Source of the DNA: Patescibacteria group bacterium
GTDB lineage: Bacteria; Patescibacteriota; Patescibacteriia; Patescibacteriales; UBA12465
Assembly (NCBI GenBank): GCA_041651355.1
Contig: JBAZJK010000001.1
Span: 37,883-101,882, forward strand
Direction of reading: 5' to 3'
DNA: 64,000 nucleotides
In this document: piece by piece, positions 36,175-44,530 of the stretch
Position numbering within the stretch: the stretch's first letter is position 1
Layout of the letters: each line of letters starts with the position of its first letter
Notes under the pieces: model-generated
Seen by the model: the letters and a program-made list of their open reading frames with translations, nothing else
Databases searched by the model: none
Told to the model about the DNA's origin: nothing
Translations under genes and position numbers: made by a program

Positions 36175-37287
36175 TTATTGGCAAATATTTGGTCCATTTA
36201 ATTTAAGCTTACAGTCGCCATGACTTTCAGAACCGCATTTACAAGTGAGGTTATTATCAGAATTACAGCATTGGTAGTTTTCCCAGTTTGCGCTGCCACA
36301 CTCAGAACCAAAAAGTTTGCAACGTTGACAGGTTTTATTTAGGCAATAACCCGCGATATTTCTGAATAAGATTTGTTCGCCGTTAACATTTGCAAACTCA
36401 TCAAAAGCACAAGAAGATTCATCTGCTAGCTGAGCGCAAGCCTCAGCCGCGCTGACAATAGTTTCTGGTGGTTCCGGTTGGGCGGCCGCAGTTTCAGCTT
36501 CGGCGCATTTATAAGCGCTGTTTTCTGGTACTTTAACGTATTGAGTTCCGCAGGCAATGCAGTCGCCACCGTGAGGTGCACCAGTATTCCCCGAGCCCAT
36601 TGAACTCCCCATATAGGTTGCCCATTTGCAATAGACGTATGAATAATCTGCTGGAGACTGCTGGCAACAACAAATCTGTTGTCCGGGAACTTCAGCTTTT
36701 TTAACCGAACATTTAGCTAGGCCAGCCTCTATTTTATTCATGCATTTATTATCTTTCCAGGCACACATAGCTATCGCGTTACAGGTTGAAGAGGCCACGG
36801 CGTCTTCGCATGATACGGCCGAATCTATGTTAAGGTTCTTTTCTTTAATCTGGGTGACATTTTGTATCTTGAATTTAAGAAGATCGGGATTAATCGTATT
36901 AAGTAGTATCCAAGAGCAGAGCAGTAAGGCCAGGCCAGTGATGCTGCCACCTATCAGGTCTTTGGCTTGCCCGACTTTACCGGGGTTGCCTCCGGATGTC
37001 AGCCAAATGATGCCGGCAATCATCAAGACGATTACCGCTACGATACCGACAATCGCTAAAGCATAGTTATAAAAAGCGGCCACATATTCTCCTATGTACA
37101 CAGTGCTACTTGTAGTCATGGATCTTGGCGCGTCATTTTGGAAATTGGAGCCAGGGATGCTAATAGAGGTTTTGAGTTCTATCGGATCGGCTGCGCTTGC
37201 TGGGTTGGGAGAAATTAATAAATTAAAGGTTCCTATAATTACAGTAAATAGAACCAAAAGAAAAACAATTGTTGTTTTTTTCTTCAT
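36175..37287 (-). CDS. Exported protein with a VirB2/TrbC-pilin-like two-helix module and a large Cys-rich C-terminal ectodomain
   Basis: A signal/anchor is followed by the module YIGEYVAAFYNYALAIVGIVAVIVLMIAGIIWLTSGGNPGK...GSITGLALLLCSWILLNTINPDLLKF, which is paralogous to the module in the 34124..35284 product. About 230 aa with many Cys residues follow (ICCCQQ, CIACG, CQRCKLFGSECG, CKCGSESHGDC). Confidence 0.55.
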   Translation of the reverse strand: MKKKTTIVFLLVLFTVIIGTFNLLISPNPASAADPIELKTSISIPGSNFQNDAPRSMTTSSTVYIGEYVAAFYNYALAIVGIVAVIVLMIAGIIWLTSGGNPGKVGQAKDLIGGSITGLALLLCSWILLNTINPDLLKFKIQNVTQIKEKNLNIDSAVSCEDAVASSTCNAIAMCAWKDNKCMNKIEAGLAKCSVKKAEVPGQQICCCQQSPADYSYVYCKWATYMGSSMGSGNTGAPHGGDCIACGTQYVKVPENSAYKCAEAETAAAQPEPPETIVSAAEACAQLADESSCAFDEFANVNGEQILFRNIAGYCLNKTCQRCKLFGSECGSANWENYQCCNSDNNLTCKCGSESHGDCKLKLNGPNICQ

Positions 37288-37298
37288 ATATTAAATAA

Positions 37299-38465
37299 TT
37301 ATCCCCAAAACTTCACTTCCTTTGCTTTCTTTTTGGAAAACTTAACTATGTCTTTAATAATCTTCTGAGTGACATCACGGCCGCCGAGGCCGACAATATG
37401 GTTAGTGATGTTTAGCTTATGCGTTCCTAACCCAGCCTTGATATCGCTATACAAAGGCCCCATTTCCCCTAAGCTAATCGCTTTTTCTATGACAGCTAAA
37501 TTTTTGGCTTTAGCTAGGATCTTATTTATTTCCTCTTTCGGGAAGGGCCGGTAGCTTTTTATTTTTAATAATCCGACATTTTTCTCTTTTTTAATGGCTT
37601 CTTGGATGGTGCCGGTAACTGAACCCATGGCGGCAATTACCAGATCGGGGGCGTTGGGGCCGTAGTATTCAACTAAGCCATTGTCAATTTGCGGTTTGAG
37701 AGCGCTTAATTCTTTTCTTTGGCTAAGCTTTTTGTATAAAACATACTCCTGTTTTATTATACTTTGGCTAGCTAGCAAATCCTGATGCAGTTTCTGTCTG
37801 GTCTCTTGGTAATATTCTGGCGTAAAGAAGGCGCCTAGGGTGATAGGTAATCTAGGATCAAGGTAGCTGCCCAGGGTAGGGTTGTAGTCTGGCAGATATC
37901 TTCTGATTAGTTTGCTATCGGGAATGATGACATTCTCATAAGAATGGGTGATGATAAAGCCATCGACATTAACCATCACTGGCAGGTTCAGTTTTTCTGC
38001 CAGCTTATAGGCGATGACGTGAAGATCGACTGCTTCTTGGTGGTTAGCGGCAAAGAGAAGGATCCAGCCGGCGTCGCGGATAGCCATAACGTCGCTTTGG
38101 TCATTAAAGATATTAATCGGAGCGGAAACGGCGCGGTTGGCACAGGTCATAACTATCGGCAAACGCAGGCCGGCAATATTAAAAACCACCTCAGTCATTA
38201 GCAACAGGCCCTGGGAGCTAGTCGCGCTATAGACGCGGCTACCGGTAGCACTAGCCCCGAGGATAATCGAGGCGGCTGCAAATTCACTTTCAGCTCGGAC
38301 ATATTCATAATTAGCCTGTCCTTCAGCTTTATATTTAGCCAACGTTTCTACGATATGGGTCTGGGGTGTAATCGGATAGGCAGAAATTACGCTTGGTTCC
38401 AAATTTTTTATCGTCTGAGCGATGGCTTGCGAGCCTTCGAGTAATTGAGTTTTGTTTAGAGACAT
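37299..38465 (-). CDS. porA: Pyruvate:ferredoxin oxidoreductase, alpha subunit
   Basis: MSLNKTQLLEGSQAIAQ...AYPITPQT...EFAAASIILGASATGSRVYSATSSQGL. The track ORF extends to 38633, overlapping porD in another frame; the internal ATG at 38465 gives the canonical N-terminus. Confidence 0.9.
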   Translation of the reverse strand: MSLNKTQLLEGSQAIAQTIKNLEPSVISAYPITPQTHIVETLAKYKAEGQANYEYVRAESEFAAASIILGASATGSRVYSATSSQGLLLMTEVVFNIAGLRLPIVMTCANRAVSAPINIFNDQSDVMAIRDAGWILLFAANHQEAVDLHVIAYKLAEKLNLPVMVNVDGFIITHSYENVIIPDSKLIRRYLPDYNPTLGSYLDPRLPITLGAFFTPEYYQETRQKLHQDLLASQSIIKQEYVLYKKLSQRKELSALKPQIDNGLVEYYGPNAPDLVIAAMGSVTGTIQEAIKKEKNVGLLKIKSYRPFPKEEINKILAKAKNLAVIEKAISLGEMGPLYSDIKAGLGTHKLNITNHIVGLGGRDVTQKIIKDIVKFSKKKAKEVKFWG

Positions 38466-38469
38466 AATT

Positions 38470-38751
38470 TTAATAGTCTTTTTCCATACTGATAGCCTTG
38501 ACCGGGCATTCAGCCGCGCAGAGGGCACAGCCTTTACAATAATCGTAATCAGTAATCGGGATGTTCTTATCGTTTCTTTTAACCATTGTGATACAAGCTT
38601 CAGGGCAGACCTTAGAACACAAAGAACAGCCAATACATTTCTTGTAATCCGTCTGCGGCCGAAAACTGCGCCAGGGGCCGGTTTTATTATCCAGGGATGA
38701 ATTCGCTTTGACGGCGGGAATTTTGTTTATTTTTTTGGTTTTGGTCTTCAT
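38470..38751 (-). CDS. porD: Pyruvate:ferredoxin oxidoreductase, delta (2x[4Fe-4S] ferredoxin) subunit
   Basis: CIGCSLCSKVCP and CKGCALCAAECP. Confidence 0.9.
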   Translation of the reverse strand: MKTKTKKINKIPAVKANSSLDNKTGPWRSFRPQTDYKKCIGCSLCSKVCPEACITMVKRNDKNIPITDYDYCKGCALCAAECPVKAISMEKDY

Positions 38752-39320
38752 ATGGAAAAAGCTTTAAGGGCGGCTTGGATATTCTGGCTGACAACTGCCT
38801 GGCCTTTGCCGCTGAATTTATTTTCCATAGCTTTTTTGATCGAGGCTAGGCTAATCAGCTGGCTATAGCGAGCCAAGGCTCCTAACAGGGGAGCGTTAGC
38901 CAGATTTTTCTTGAATATTTCTATAGCGATAGCGGTGGCCGGAGTGATAAATATGTTTTTTTCCGTAATCAACCCTTTGTTTTTGCTAGATTTTTTAATA
39001 ATTTGGTATATTTCTTTAGCGCTTAGGGAGCTGTTAACTATTATTTTAGTATTTTTCTTAGCTCCAACTAGAACGTCTACGCTGTTAAGCAGGCTGTCAT
39101 CTTGGATAATCAGGATATCCGGTTCGTAAATCTGTTCCCGATTGTTTATCGGTTTATCATCCAGGCGGACGAAGGATTGGATAGGGGCGCCACTCCTTTC
39201 TACACCGAAAAGAGGGAAGGCTTGGGCATAGCGTCCTTCATTAAAAGCGGCTAAAGCAATCAGCTCGGCCGCCGTGACTACGCCCTGGCCGCCGCGGCCA
39301 TGGATGCGGATTTGGATCAT
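38748..39320 (-). CDS. porG: Pyruvate:ferredoxin oxidoreductase, gamma subunit
   Basis: IRIHGRGGQGVVTAAELIALAA. The 190-aa length fits, and there is a 4-nt overlap with porD. Confidence 0.9.
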   Translation of the reverse strand: MIQIRIHGRGGQGVVTAAELIALAAFNEGRYAQAFPLFGVERSGAPIQSFVRLDDKPINNREQIYEPDILIIQDDSLLNSVDVLVGAKKNTKIIVNSSLSAKEIYQIIKKSSKNKGLITEKNIFITPATAIAIEIFKKNLANAPLLGALARYSQLISLASIKKAMENKFSGKGQAVVSQNIQAALKAFSI

Positions 39321-39325
39321 AATTT

Positions 39326-40075
39326 TTACTGGTTTAGATATTTTTCTATTAAGGCGTTAAACTGTTCTTTTTCCATATGTCCGGTGACGCGATGGCGGCC
39401 GATGAACCAAGTCGGTGTTTTTTCTACTCCCAAAGCCTCACCATCTTCCAGATTAGCCCGGATATTGTCTAAATAGGCTTTGTCGTTGAGACAAGCGCTA
39501 AAATCGTCAGTGTTAAGTTTGAGGTCTAGGGCTAGGGACCTGAGATTGATGTCTAAATCGGCTTCGCTAGCCTTGAGACTGTCTTGGTTGGCAAATAGAG
39601 CGTCATGCATCTCCCAAAATTTTCCTTGGGCGCCAGCACACCAGGCTGCTTGCGATAAATCGATCGATTTTTCGCTGATGACCGGGAAATCGCGGAAGAT
39701 AATCTTGACTTGGTCCTTATATTTTTCTCCGGCTTGCCTGATTACTTCTGATAGTTGTTTGCAATAAGGGCAAGCGAAGTCAGAGAATTCAACAATAATC
39801 AGCTTAGGGCTTCCGGCACCTAAGTAATAATTATTTGCGCCATATAAGGTGGCCTCGGCTTGTTTTTGTAAGATTAAATTCTGGCTGTCAGCTCTTTCTT
39901 GGTTGATTCGTTTAGCTTCGTTTATGACATACCAAAAAGACAGGGCCGCAATTATCATAATCAACGCCAAAATCCCGATTAGTACCTTTCCCCAGGGTTT
40001 TTTATACCAAGGCCTCAGGGTTTTTTGGTGGCGAGATTTCATCTCCGCCAGCTTGATTCTATCTTCTAAGCTCAT
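39326..40075 (-). CDS. Membrane-anchored DsbA-family thiol:disulfide oxidoreductase
   Basis: An N-terminal TM helix (VLIGILALIMIIAALSFWYVI) and a thioredoxin-fold CxxC active site (FSDFACPYCKQ). The gene ends 5 nt upstream of porG. Confidence 0.8.
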   Translation of the reverse strand: MSLEDRIKLAEMKSRHQKTLRPWYKKPWGKVLIGILALIMIIAALSFWYVINEAKRINQERADSQNLILQKQAEATLYGANNYYLGAGSPKLIIVEFSDFACPYCKQLSEVIRQAGEKYKDQVKIIFRDFPVISEKSIDLSQAAWCAGAQGKFWEMHDALFANQDSLKASEADLDINLRSLALDLKLNTDDFSACLNDKAYLDNIRANLEDGEALGVEKTPTWFIGRHRVTGHMEKEQFNALIEKYLNQ

Positions 40076-40142
40076 TGAAAAATAAGTTAAGATTAACTAT
40101 ACTTTTATTATAACATAAAGCCTGAAAAAAGTAATGAAATAT

Positions 40143-40910
40143 ATGAAGATAATCTCCTGGAATGTGAATGGTATTAGGGCGATAGCTAAGAAAGGCTTGT
40201 CCGACTTTTTGCAAGCGGCCCAGCCAGATATTATTGGCTTGCAGGAGACGAAAATTTCTGACGCCAAGAAGGCAGAACATGATTTCGGCTTTAAGAATTA
40301 TCAGGAATATTGGTTCGGAGCGGAAAGGCCTGGCTACAGCGGCACGGCTTTGCTGGTCAAGAAGGGGGTAAAGGTCTTATCGTACAAAAGCGGCTTCGGT
40401 CAGAAGGAGTTTGATCGTGAAGGGCGAGTCCAGATTTTAGAGCTCGATAAATTATATCTGTTGAACGTTTATTTTCCCAACGCCAATGCCGAGTTGAGTC
40501 GCTTGCCTTATAAGTTAAATTTTAATGCTTCGCTTTTATCATATCTAAGGCGTTTATCTAAGAAGAAGCCGGTCTTGGTGATGGGTGATTTTAATGTCGC
40601 TCATCAGGAGATAGATTTGGCGCGGCCTCAGGCTAATATCGGCAGCGCTGGCTTCACCCCGGAGGAACGCCGCAGTTTTCATAAATTCTTAGAAAAGGAT
40701 TTCATAGATTCTTTCCGTCATCTTTACCCTGATAAGATCCAGTATTCTTGGTGGAGTTTCCGGGCGGCCGCCCGGGAGCGTAACGTTGGTTGGCGGATTG
40801 ACTATATCATCATATCCGCTAAACTAAAAAAACACCTGAAACAAGCCTTTATTTTGGATAAGGTGACTGGTTCCGACCACGCACCGGTTGGTGTAGAATT
40901 AGAGTTTTAA
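40143..40910 (+). CDS. xth: Exodeoxyribonuclease III (AP endonuclease)
   Basis: MKIISWNVNGIRA, LQETK, GDFNVAH and SDHAPV. The upstream in-frame ATG at 40134 is an alternative start. Confidence 0.9.
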   Translation: MKIISWNVNGIRAIAKKGLSDFLQAAQPDIIGLQETKISDAKKAEHDFGFKNYQEYWFGAERPGYSGTALLVKKGVKVLSYKSGFGQKEFDREGRVQILELDKLYLLNVYFPNANAELSRLPYKLNFNASLLSYLRRLSKKKPVLVMGDFNVAHQEIDLARPQANIGSAGFTPEERRSFHKFLEKDFIDSFRHLYPDKIQYSWWSFRAAARERNVGWRIDYIIISAKLKKHLKQAFILDKVTGSDHAPVGVELEF

Positions 40911-40928
40911 AAATTACAATTTTTTTGT

Positions 40929-43358
40929 ATGTATAACCATCAAGAACTTGAAAAAAAATGGCAAAGGATCTGGCAGGAGCAAGATCTGTATCATACTGAT
41001 GATAAGCGCCAGAAGCCTAAATATTACGTTTTAGACATGTTTCCCTATCCTTCGGGGCTTGGTTTGCATGTCGGCCACCCCAAGGGTTATATCGCGACCG
41101 ATGTCTTGGCGCGCCTCAAGATGATGCAGGGTTTCAACGTCCTTCATCCTATGGGTTTTGATGCTTTCGGCTTGCCGGCGGAGAATTATGCCCTGAAGAA
41201 TAAGGTTCACCCTAGGGTCTCTACCGCCCAGAATGTCGCTAATTACAAGAAACAACTAGAAATTATCGGCTTAGCCTATGATTGGCAGAGAGAAATAAAT
41301 ACCACCGATCCAGAATACTATAAATGGACCCAATGGATGTTTATCAAGATGTGGGAAAAGGGTTTGGCCTATGAATCATATGAACCGATAAATTGGTGCC
41401 CCTCCTGCCAGACTGGTTTAGCCAATGAAGATTTAGAAAATGGCCATTGCGAACGTTGCGGCAGTCTGGTCGAACAAAAGCCTTTACGACAGTGGGTCTT
41501 GAAAATTACTAATTACGCGGAAAGATTATTGAATGATTTGGATAAACTGCCCGATTGGGAAGAAGCGACTAAAGACATGCAGCGGAATTGGATTGGACGG
41601 AGCGAAGGAGTTGAGGTTAGTTTTCTAATCAAAAACAGCCCAGAGCAGATCAATGTTTTTACCACTAGAGTAGATACGATTTTCGGTTGTACCTATCTCG
41701 TCTTGGCGCCGGAGAATCCTTTGGTAGAGCGCTTATCTTCGCAGATAAATAATCTAGACGCAGTCCGCGCCTATGTTAACGAGATTAAGAATAAAAGCGT
41801 TTTAGAGAGAACGGATTTAAATAAAGATAAGACGGGGGTCCTGTTAAATGGTATTAAAGCCATTAATCCTTTTAATCAGGAAGAACTAGATGTTTTCATA
41901 GCCGATTACGTTTTAAACGCTTATGGCACTGGCGCAGTGATGGCGGTGCCGGCTCACGATGAACGTGATTTTGCCTTTGCTCAGAAGTATCAGCTTAAAA
42001 TCAAGACGGTGGTCGTACCGGAAGACACTTTGATCCCCAGAGTCCATGAGGCCTATACTTCAGATGGCTTGTTGACCGACTCAGGGGAATTTTCTCGTCT
42101 CAAGTCAGAAGCGGCTCGTGCTAAGATGCTTAGATGGTTAAAGAATAGAAAGCTGGGCAACAAGAAGATTAATTATAAATTAAAAGATTGGGTCTTCTCC
42201 CGTCAACGCTATTGGGGTGAACCGATCCCTATGATCCATTGTCCGGCCTGTGGTGTGGTACCCGTGCCTCTTAATCAGTTGCCAGTCGTTTTACCGGAGG
42301 TGGAATCATATGAACCGAGCGGTACTGGAGAATCGCCTCTAGCCAAGATAGATTCCTGGGTTAATGTCGCTTGTCCAAAGTGCGGCGGCGCGGCCAAGAG
42401 GGAAACTAATACCATGCCGCAATGGGCCGGATCGTCTTGGTACTATTTGCGATATATCGATCCCAAGAACAAAGAAGAATTTGTGAATCGTCGCCAAGAA
42501 AAATATTTTTCTCCGGTTGATTTCTATGTTGGCGGCGCTGAACACGCTACCCGTCATCTAATATATGCTCGTTTTTGGCATAAATTCCTTTATGATCTCA
42601 AGCTAGTTAAATATCCTGAGCCTTTCCTAAAATTAAAGCACGTCGGCTTGATTTTGGGAGCTGATGGGCAGAAGATGTCGAAGCGCTGGAATAATGTGGT
42701 TAATCCCGATCAAGCGGTGGCTGATTTTGGAGCCGACGCCCTAAGAGTTTATGAGATGTTTATGGGCCCTTTCGAGCAAGTCGGAGTTTGGAATAACCAG
42801 GGCTTGGTTGGCGCGAGGAAATTTTTAGAGAGGGTAAGCCAATTGTATGAAGATAATCTACCAATCAAACCAGATGGCAGTATTCTTGGTAGATTACATA
42901 AGACTATTAAGAAAGTAGGCGCGGATATAGCTGACTTTAAATTCAATACCGCTATTTCCAGCTTGATGATTCTGGTCAATGAAATTTCTGATTTTAAATC
43001 TAAGGAAAAGGCTTGGCCTTTATCTCAAGAAGATTGGTGTAAATTCATAGCGCTTCTTGCGCCCTTCGCGCCGCATCTTTGCGAGGAACTATGGTCGCAG
43101 CAAGGGAAGACTGACAGCATCTTCCGGTCTGTTTGGCCTAAATTCAATAAAAAACTGATCAAGGACGAAATAATTTCTTTGGTCGTGCAGGTTAACGGTA
43201 AATTAAGGGCGACCTTGAAGGTGGTCTCAGATATTTCTGAATCGGAAGCTAAGGAGGCCGCCTTAGCTGATGATGGCGTGAAAAAGTGGCTAGAGGGAAA
43301 AGAGATTATTAGGGTCATTTTCGTGAAAGGGAAGCTCTTGAACATTGTTGTTAAATAA
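40929..43358 (+). CDS. leuS: Leucyl-tRNA synthetase
   Basis: PYPSGLGLHVGHP (HIGH region), KMSKRW (KMSKS), and CP1 editing-domain motifs. Confidence 0.97.
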   Translation: MYNHQELEKKWQRIWQEQDLYHTDDKRQKPKYYVLDMFPYPSGLGLHVGHPKGYIATDVLARLKMMQGFNVLHPMGFDAFGLPAENYALKNKVHPRVSTAQNVANYKKQLEIIGLAYDWQREINTTDPEYYKWTQWMFIKMWEKGLAYESYEPINWCPSCQTGLANEDLENGHCERCGSLVEQKPLRQWVLKITNYAERLLNDLDKLPDWEEATKDMQRNWIGRSEGVEVSFLIKNSPEQINVFTTRVDTIFGCTYLVLAPENPLVERLSSQINNLDAVRAYVNEIKNKSVLERTDLNKDKTGVLLNGIKAINPFNQEELDVFIADYVLNAYGTGAVMAVPAHDERDFAFAQKYQLKIKTVVVPEDTLIPRVHEAYTSDGLLTDSGEFSRLKSEAARAKMLRWLKNRKLGNKKINYKLKDWVFSRQRYWGEPIPMIHCPACGVVPVPLNQLPVVLPEVESYEPSGTGESPLAKIDSWVNVACPKCGGAAKRETNTMPQWAGSSWYYLRYIDPKNKEEFVNRRQEKYFSPVDFYVGGAEHATRHLIYARFWHKFLYDLKLVKYPEPFLKLKHVGLILGADGQKMSKRWNNVVNPDQAVADFGADALRVYEMFMGPFEQVGVWNNQGLVGARKFLERVSQLYEDNLPIKPDGSILGRLHKTIKKVGADIADFKFNTAISSLMILVNEISDFKSKEKAWPLSQEDWCKFIALLAPFAPHLCEELWSQQGKTDSIFRSVWPKFNKKLIKDEIISLVVQVNGKLRATLKVVSDISESEAKEAALADDGVKKWLEGKEIIRVIFVKGKLLNIVVK

Positions 43359-43370
43359 TCCTCTAAATAC

Positions 43371-43392
43371 AAAAAATCCCCCAATCGGGGGA
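43371..43392 (-). terminator. Hairpin terminator, strong on the minus strand and possibly bidirectional for leuS
   Basis: Read on the minus strand: TCCCCC gatt GGGGGA followed by TTTTTT. On the plus strand the same hairpin is followed only by cttt. Confidence 0.5.
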
Positions 43393-43425
43393 CTTTCGTG
43401 GTTTGCAAGTAGCAACTTTTAATCT

Positions 43426-43532
43426 AACCGAAGTTTAGCTAAGACAATATTACATTATTTATTGGTAAAAGTCAATCCATTAGTGGACCCGCGGGGAATC
43501 GAACCCCGAAACCAAATTGCTAAACTTCGGTT
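43426..43532. repeat. 14-nt perfect inverted repeat (aaccgaagtttagc at 43426-43439; gctaaacttcggtt at 43519-43532)
   Basis: Read directly from the sequence. The right arm is the anticodon-arm region of the tRNA-like gene. The left arm lies in the spacer between that gene and the terminator. Confidence 0.85.
43447..43475 (-). promoter_or_regulatory. Candidate minus-strand sigma70-like promoter
   Basis: On the minus strand: TTGACT (43475-43470), a 17-nt spacer, then TAATAT (43452-43447). It would drive a ~70-nt transcript ending at the 43371-43392 terminator. Confidence 0.3.
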
Positions 43533-43552
43533 TGTAGCCACTTACCGGGCCC
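43484..43552 (-). tRNA. Non-canonical tRNA-like gene (69 nt, CCA not encoded); candidate anticodon UAG (Leu) with a degenerate D-arm and no long variable arm
   Basis: The minus-strand read is GGGCCCG GTAAGTGGCTAC AAAC CGAAG TTTAGCA ATTTG GTTT CGGGG TTCGATT CCCCG CGGGTCC A. It has a 7-bp acceptor stem (one G-U), a perfect T-arm with a TTCGATT loop, and discriminator A. The anticodon stem has 4 pairs plus one G.A mismatch. I cannot draw a 4-bp D-stem. Confidence 0.45.
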
Positions 43553-43614
43553 AGGCCATCAGTCTAGCACTTGGGGCCTAAATTATTTCTAAATTTTTAT
43601 TAGCATCTTTAATC

Positions 43615-44457
43615 ATGGATATTTCTGCTAAGACAAAAGAGCTCTGCCGTTTATATCAGATAAAGCCCAGTCGTTCTAAGGGGCAAAATTTTTTAATTAA
43701 CGAAGCGGTTTATGAAGAAATAATCCGGAGTGCTGATTTGAAAAAAACCGACGAGATTCTAGAAGTCGGTCCGGGTTTGGGTTTCTTGACGGCGCGTTTA
43801 GCCGCTAAATCTAAAAAAGTAAGTGCCGTCGAGTTGGATGATAAATTAGCTTCTTTCTTGCAGGCAGGCTTGTCTGCTCAAGAAGTTAAGAATGTCCAAG
43901 TTATCAATACAGATATTTTACAGTTCGATGAAGCGCAGTTAGGCCAGCCTTATAAGATTGTGGCCAACCTGCCTTATAATATTTCCTCCTTTTTTTTAAG
44001 GAAATTCCTCAGTACTGATTTCCGTCCAGAACTCATGGTTCTTCTGCTACAGAAAGAAGTTGCCGAAAGAATCGTCGCCTGGCCAGGCAAGATGAGCCTT
44101 TTGGCTGTGTCGGTACAGTATTACGCCCAAGCGGAGATTATAAAGATTGTGCCGCCTGGAGATTTTTGGCCGGCACCGCAAGTAGAAAGTGCGATTATCA
44201 AAATCAAGCCCAATCCAGACGGCTTGAAATATAAGAACCGGGCGCAAGTTGACGCTTTTTTCCGCTTAGTGAAGATGGGTTTTAGCGCCAAGCGAAAAAT
44301 GCTTAAAAATAACTTGGCCGCCGGCCTAAAACTTGAGGCTAAAAATCTAGAAGAGGTTCTTGTGTTTAAAGGATTTAATCCTAAGGCCAGGGCGGAGGAT
44401 TTGAGCGTCGCCGATTGGCAGAAATTATTTGCGGCTTTAGCGCCTTTTATGTTATAA
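43615..44457 (+). CDS. rsmA: 16S rRNA (adenine1518/1519-N6)-dimethyltransferase
   Basis: SKGQNFL, the SAM-binding motif EVGPGLGFLT, and NLPYNISS. Confidence 0.9.
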   Translation: MDISAKTKELCRLYQIKPSRSKGQNFLINEAVYEEIIRSADLKKTDEILEVGPGLGFLTARLAAKSKKVSAVELDDKLASFLQAGLSAQEVKNVQVINTDILQFDEAQLGQPYKIVANLPYNISSFFLRKFLSTDFRPELMVLLLQKEVAERIVAWPGKMSLLAVSVQYYAQAEIIKIVPPGDFWPAPQVESAIIKIKPNPDGLKYKNRAQVDAFFRLVKMGFSAKRKMLKNNLAAGLKLEAKNLEEVLVFKGFNPKARAEDLSVADWQKLFAALAPFML

Positions 44458-44458
44458 T

Positions 44459-44492
44459 AAGCCTAGATTAATCTTTAGGCTTTCATTTTTTT
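44459..44492 (+). terminator. Rho-independent terminator after rsmA
   Basis: Stem AAGCCTA / TAGGCTT with a 10-nt loop, followed by tcattttttt. Confidence 0.55.
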
Positions 44493-44530
44493 AAGGGAAA
44501 TCTGCGAAGCCAATTTTTATATATTTTTTT

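Noticed and set aside
38466-38633. An N-terminal extension of the porA ORF as given in the track (start at 38633).
   Set aside because: The extension overlaps porD in another frame and encodes a non-PorA sequence. The internal ATG at 38465 gives the canonical PorA N-terminus, 4 nt after the porD stop.
43371-43614. tmRNA, a T-box leader, or a class-II tRNA-Leu with a hidden long variable arm in the leuS-rsmA spacer.
   Set aside because: The only sequence able to pair with the 3' acceptor strand (CGGGTCC) is GGGCCCG, 69 nt upstream, so there is no room for a tmRNA body or a long variable arm. The element is downstream of leuS and on the opposite strand, which is incompatible with a T-box.
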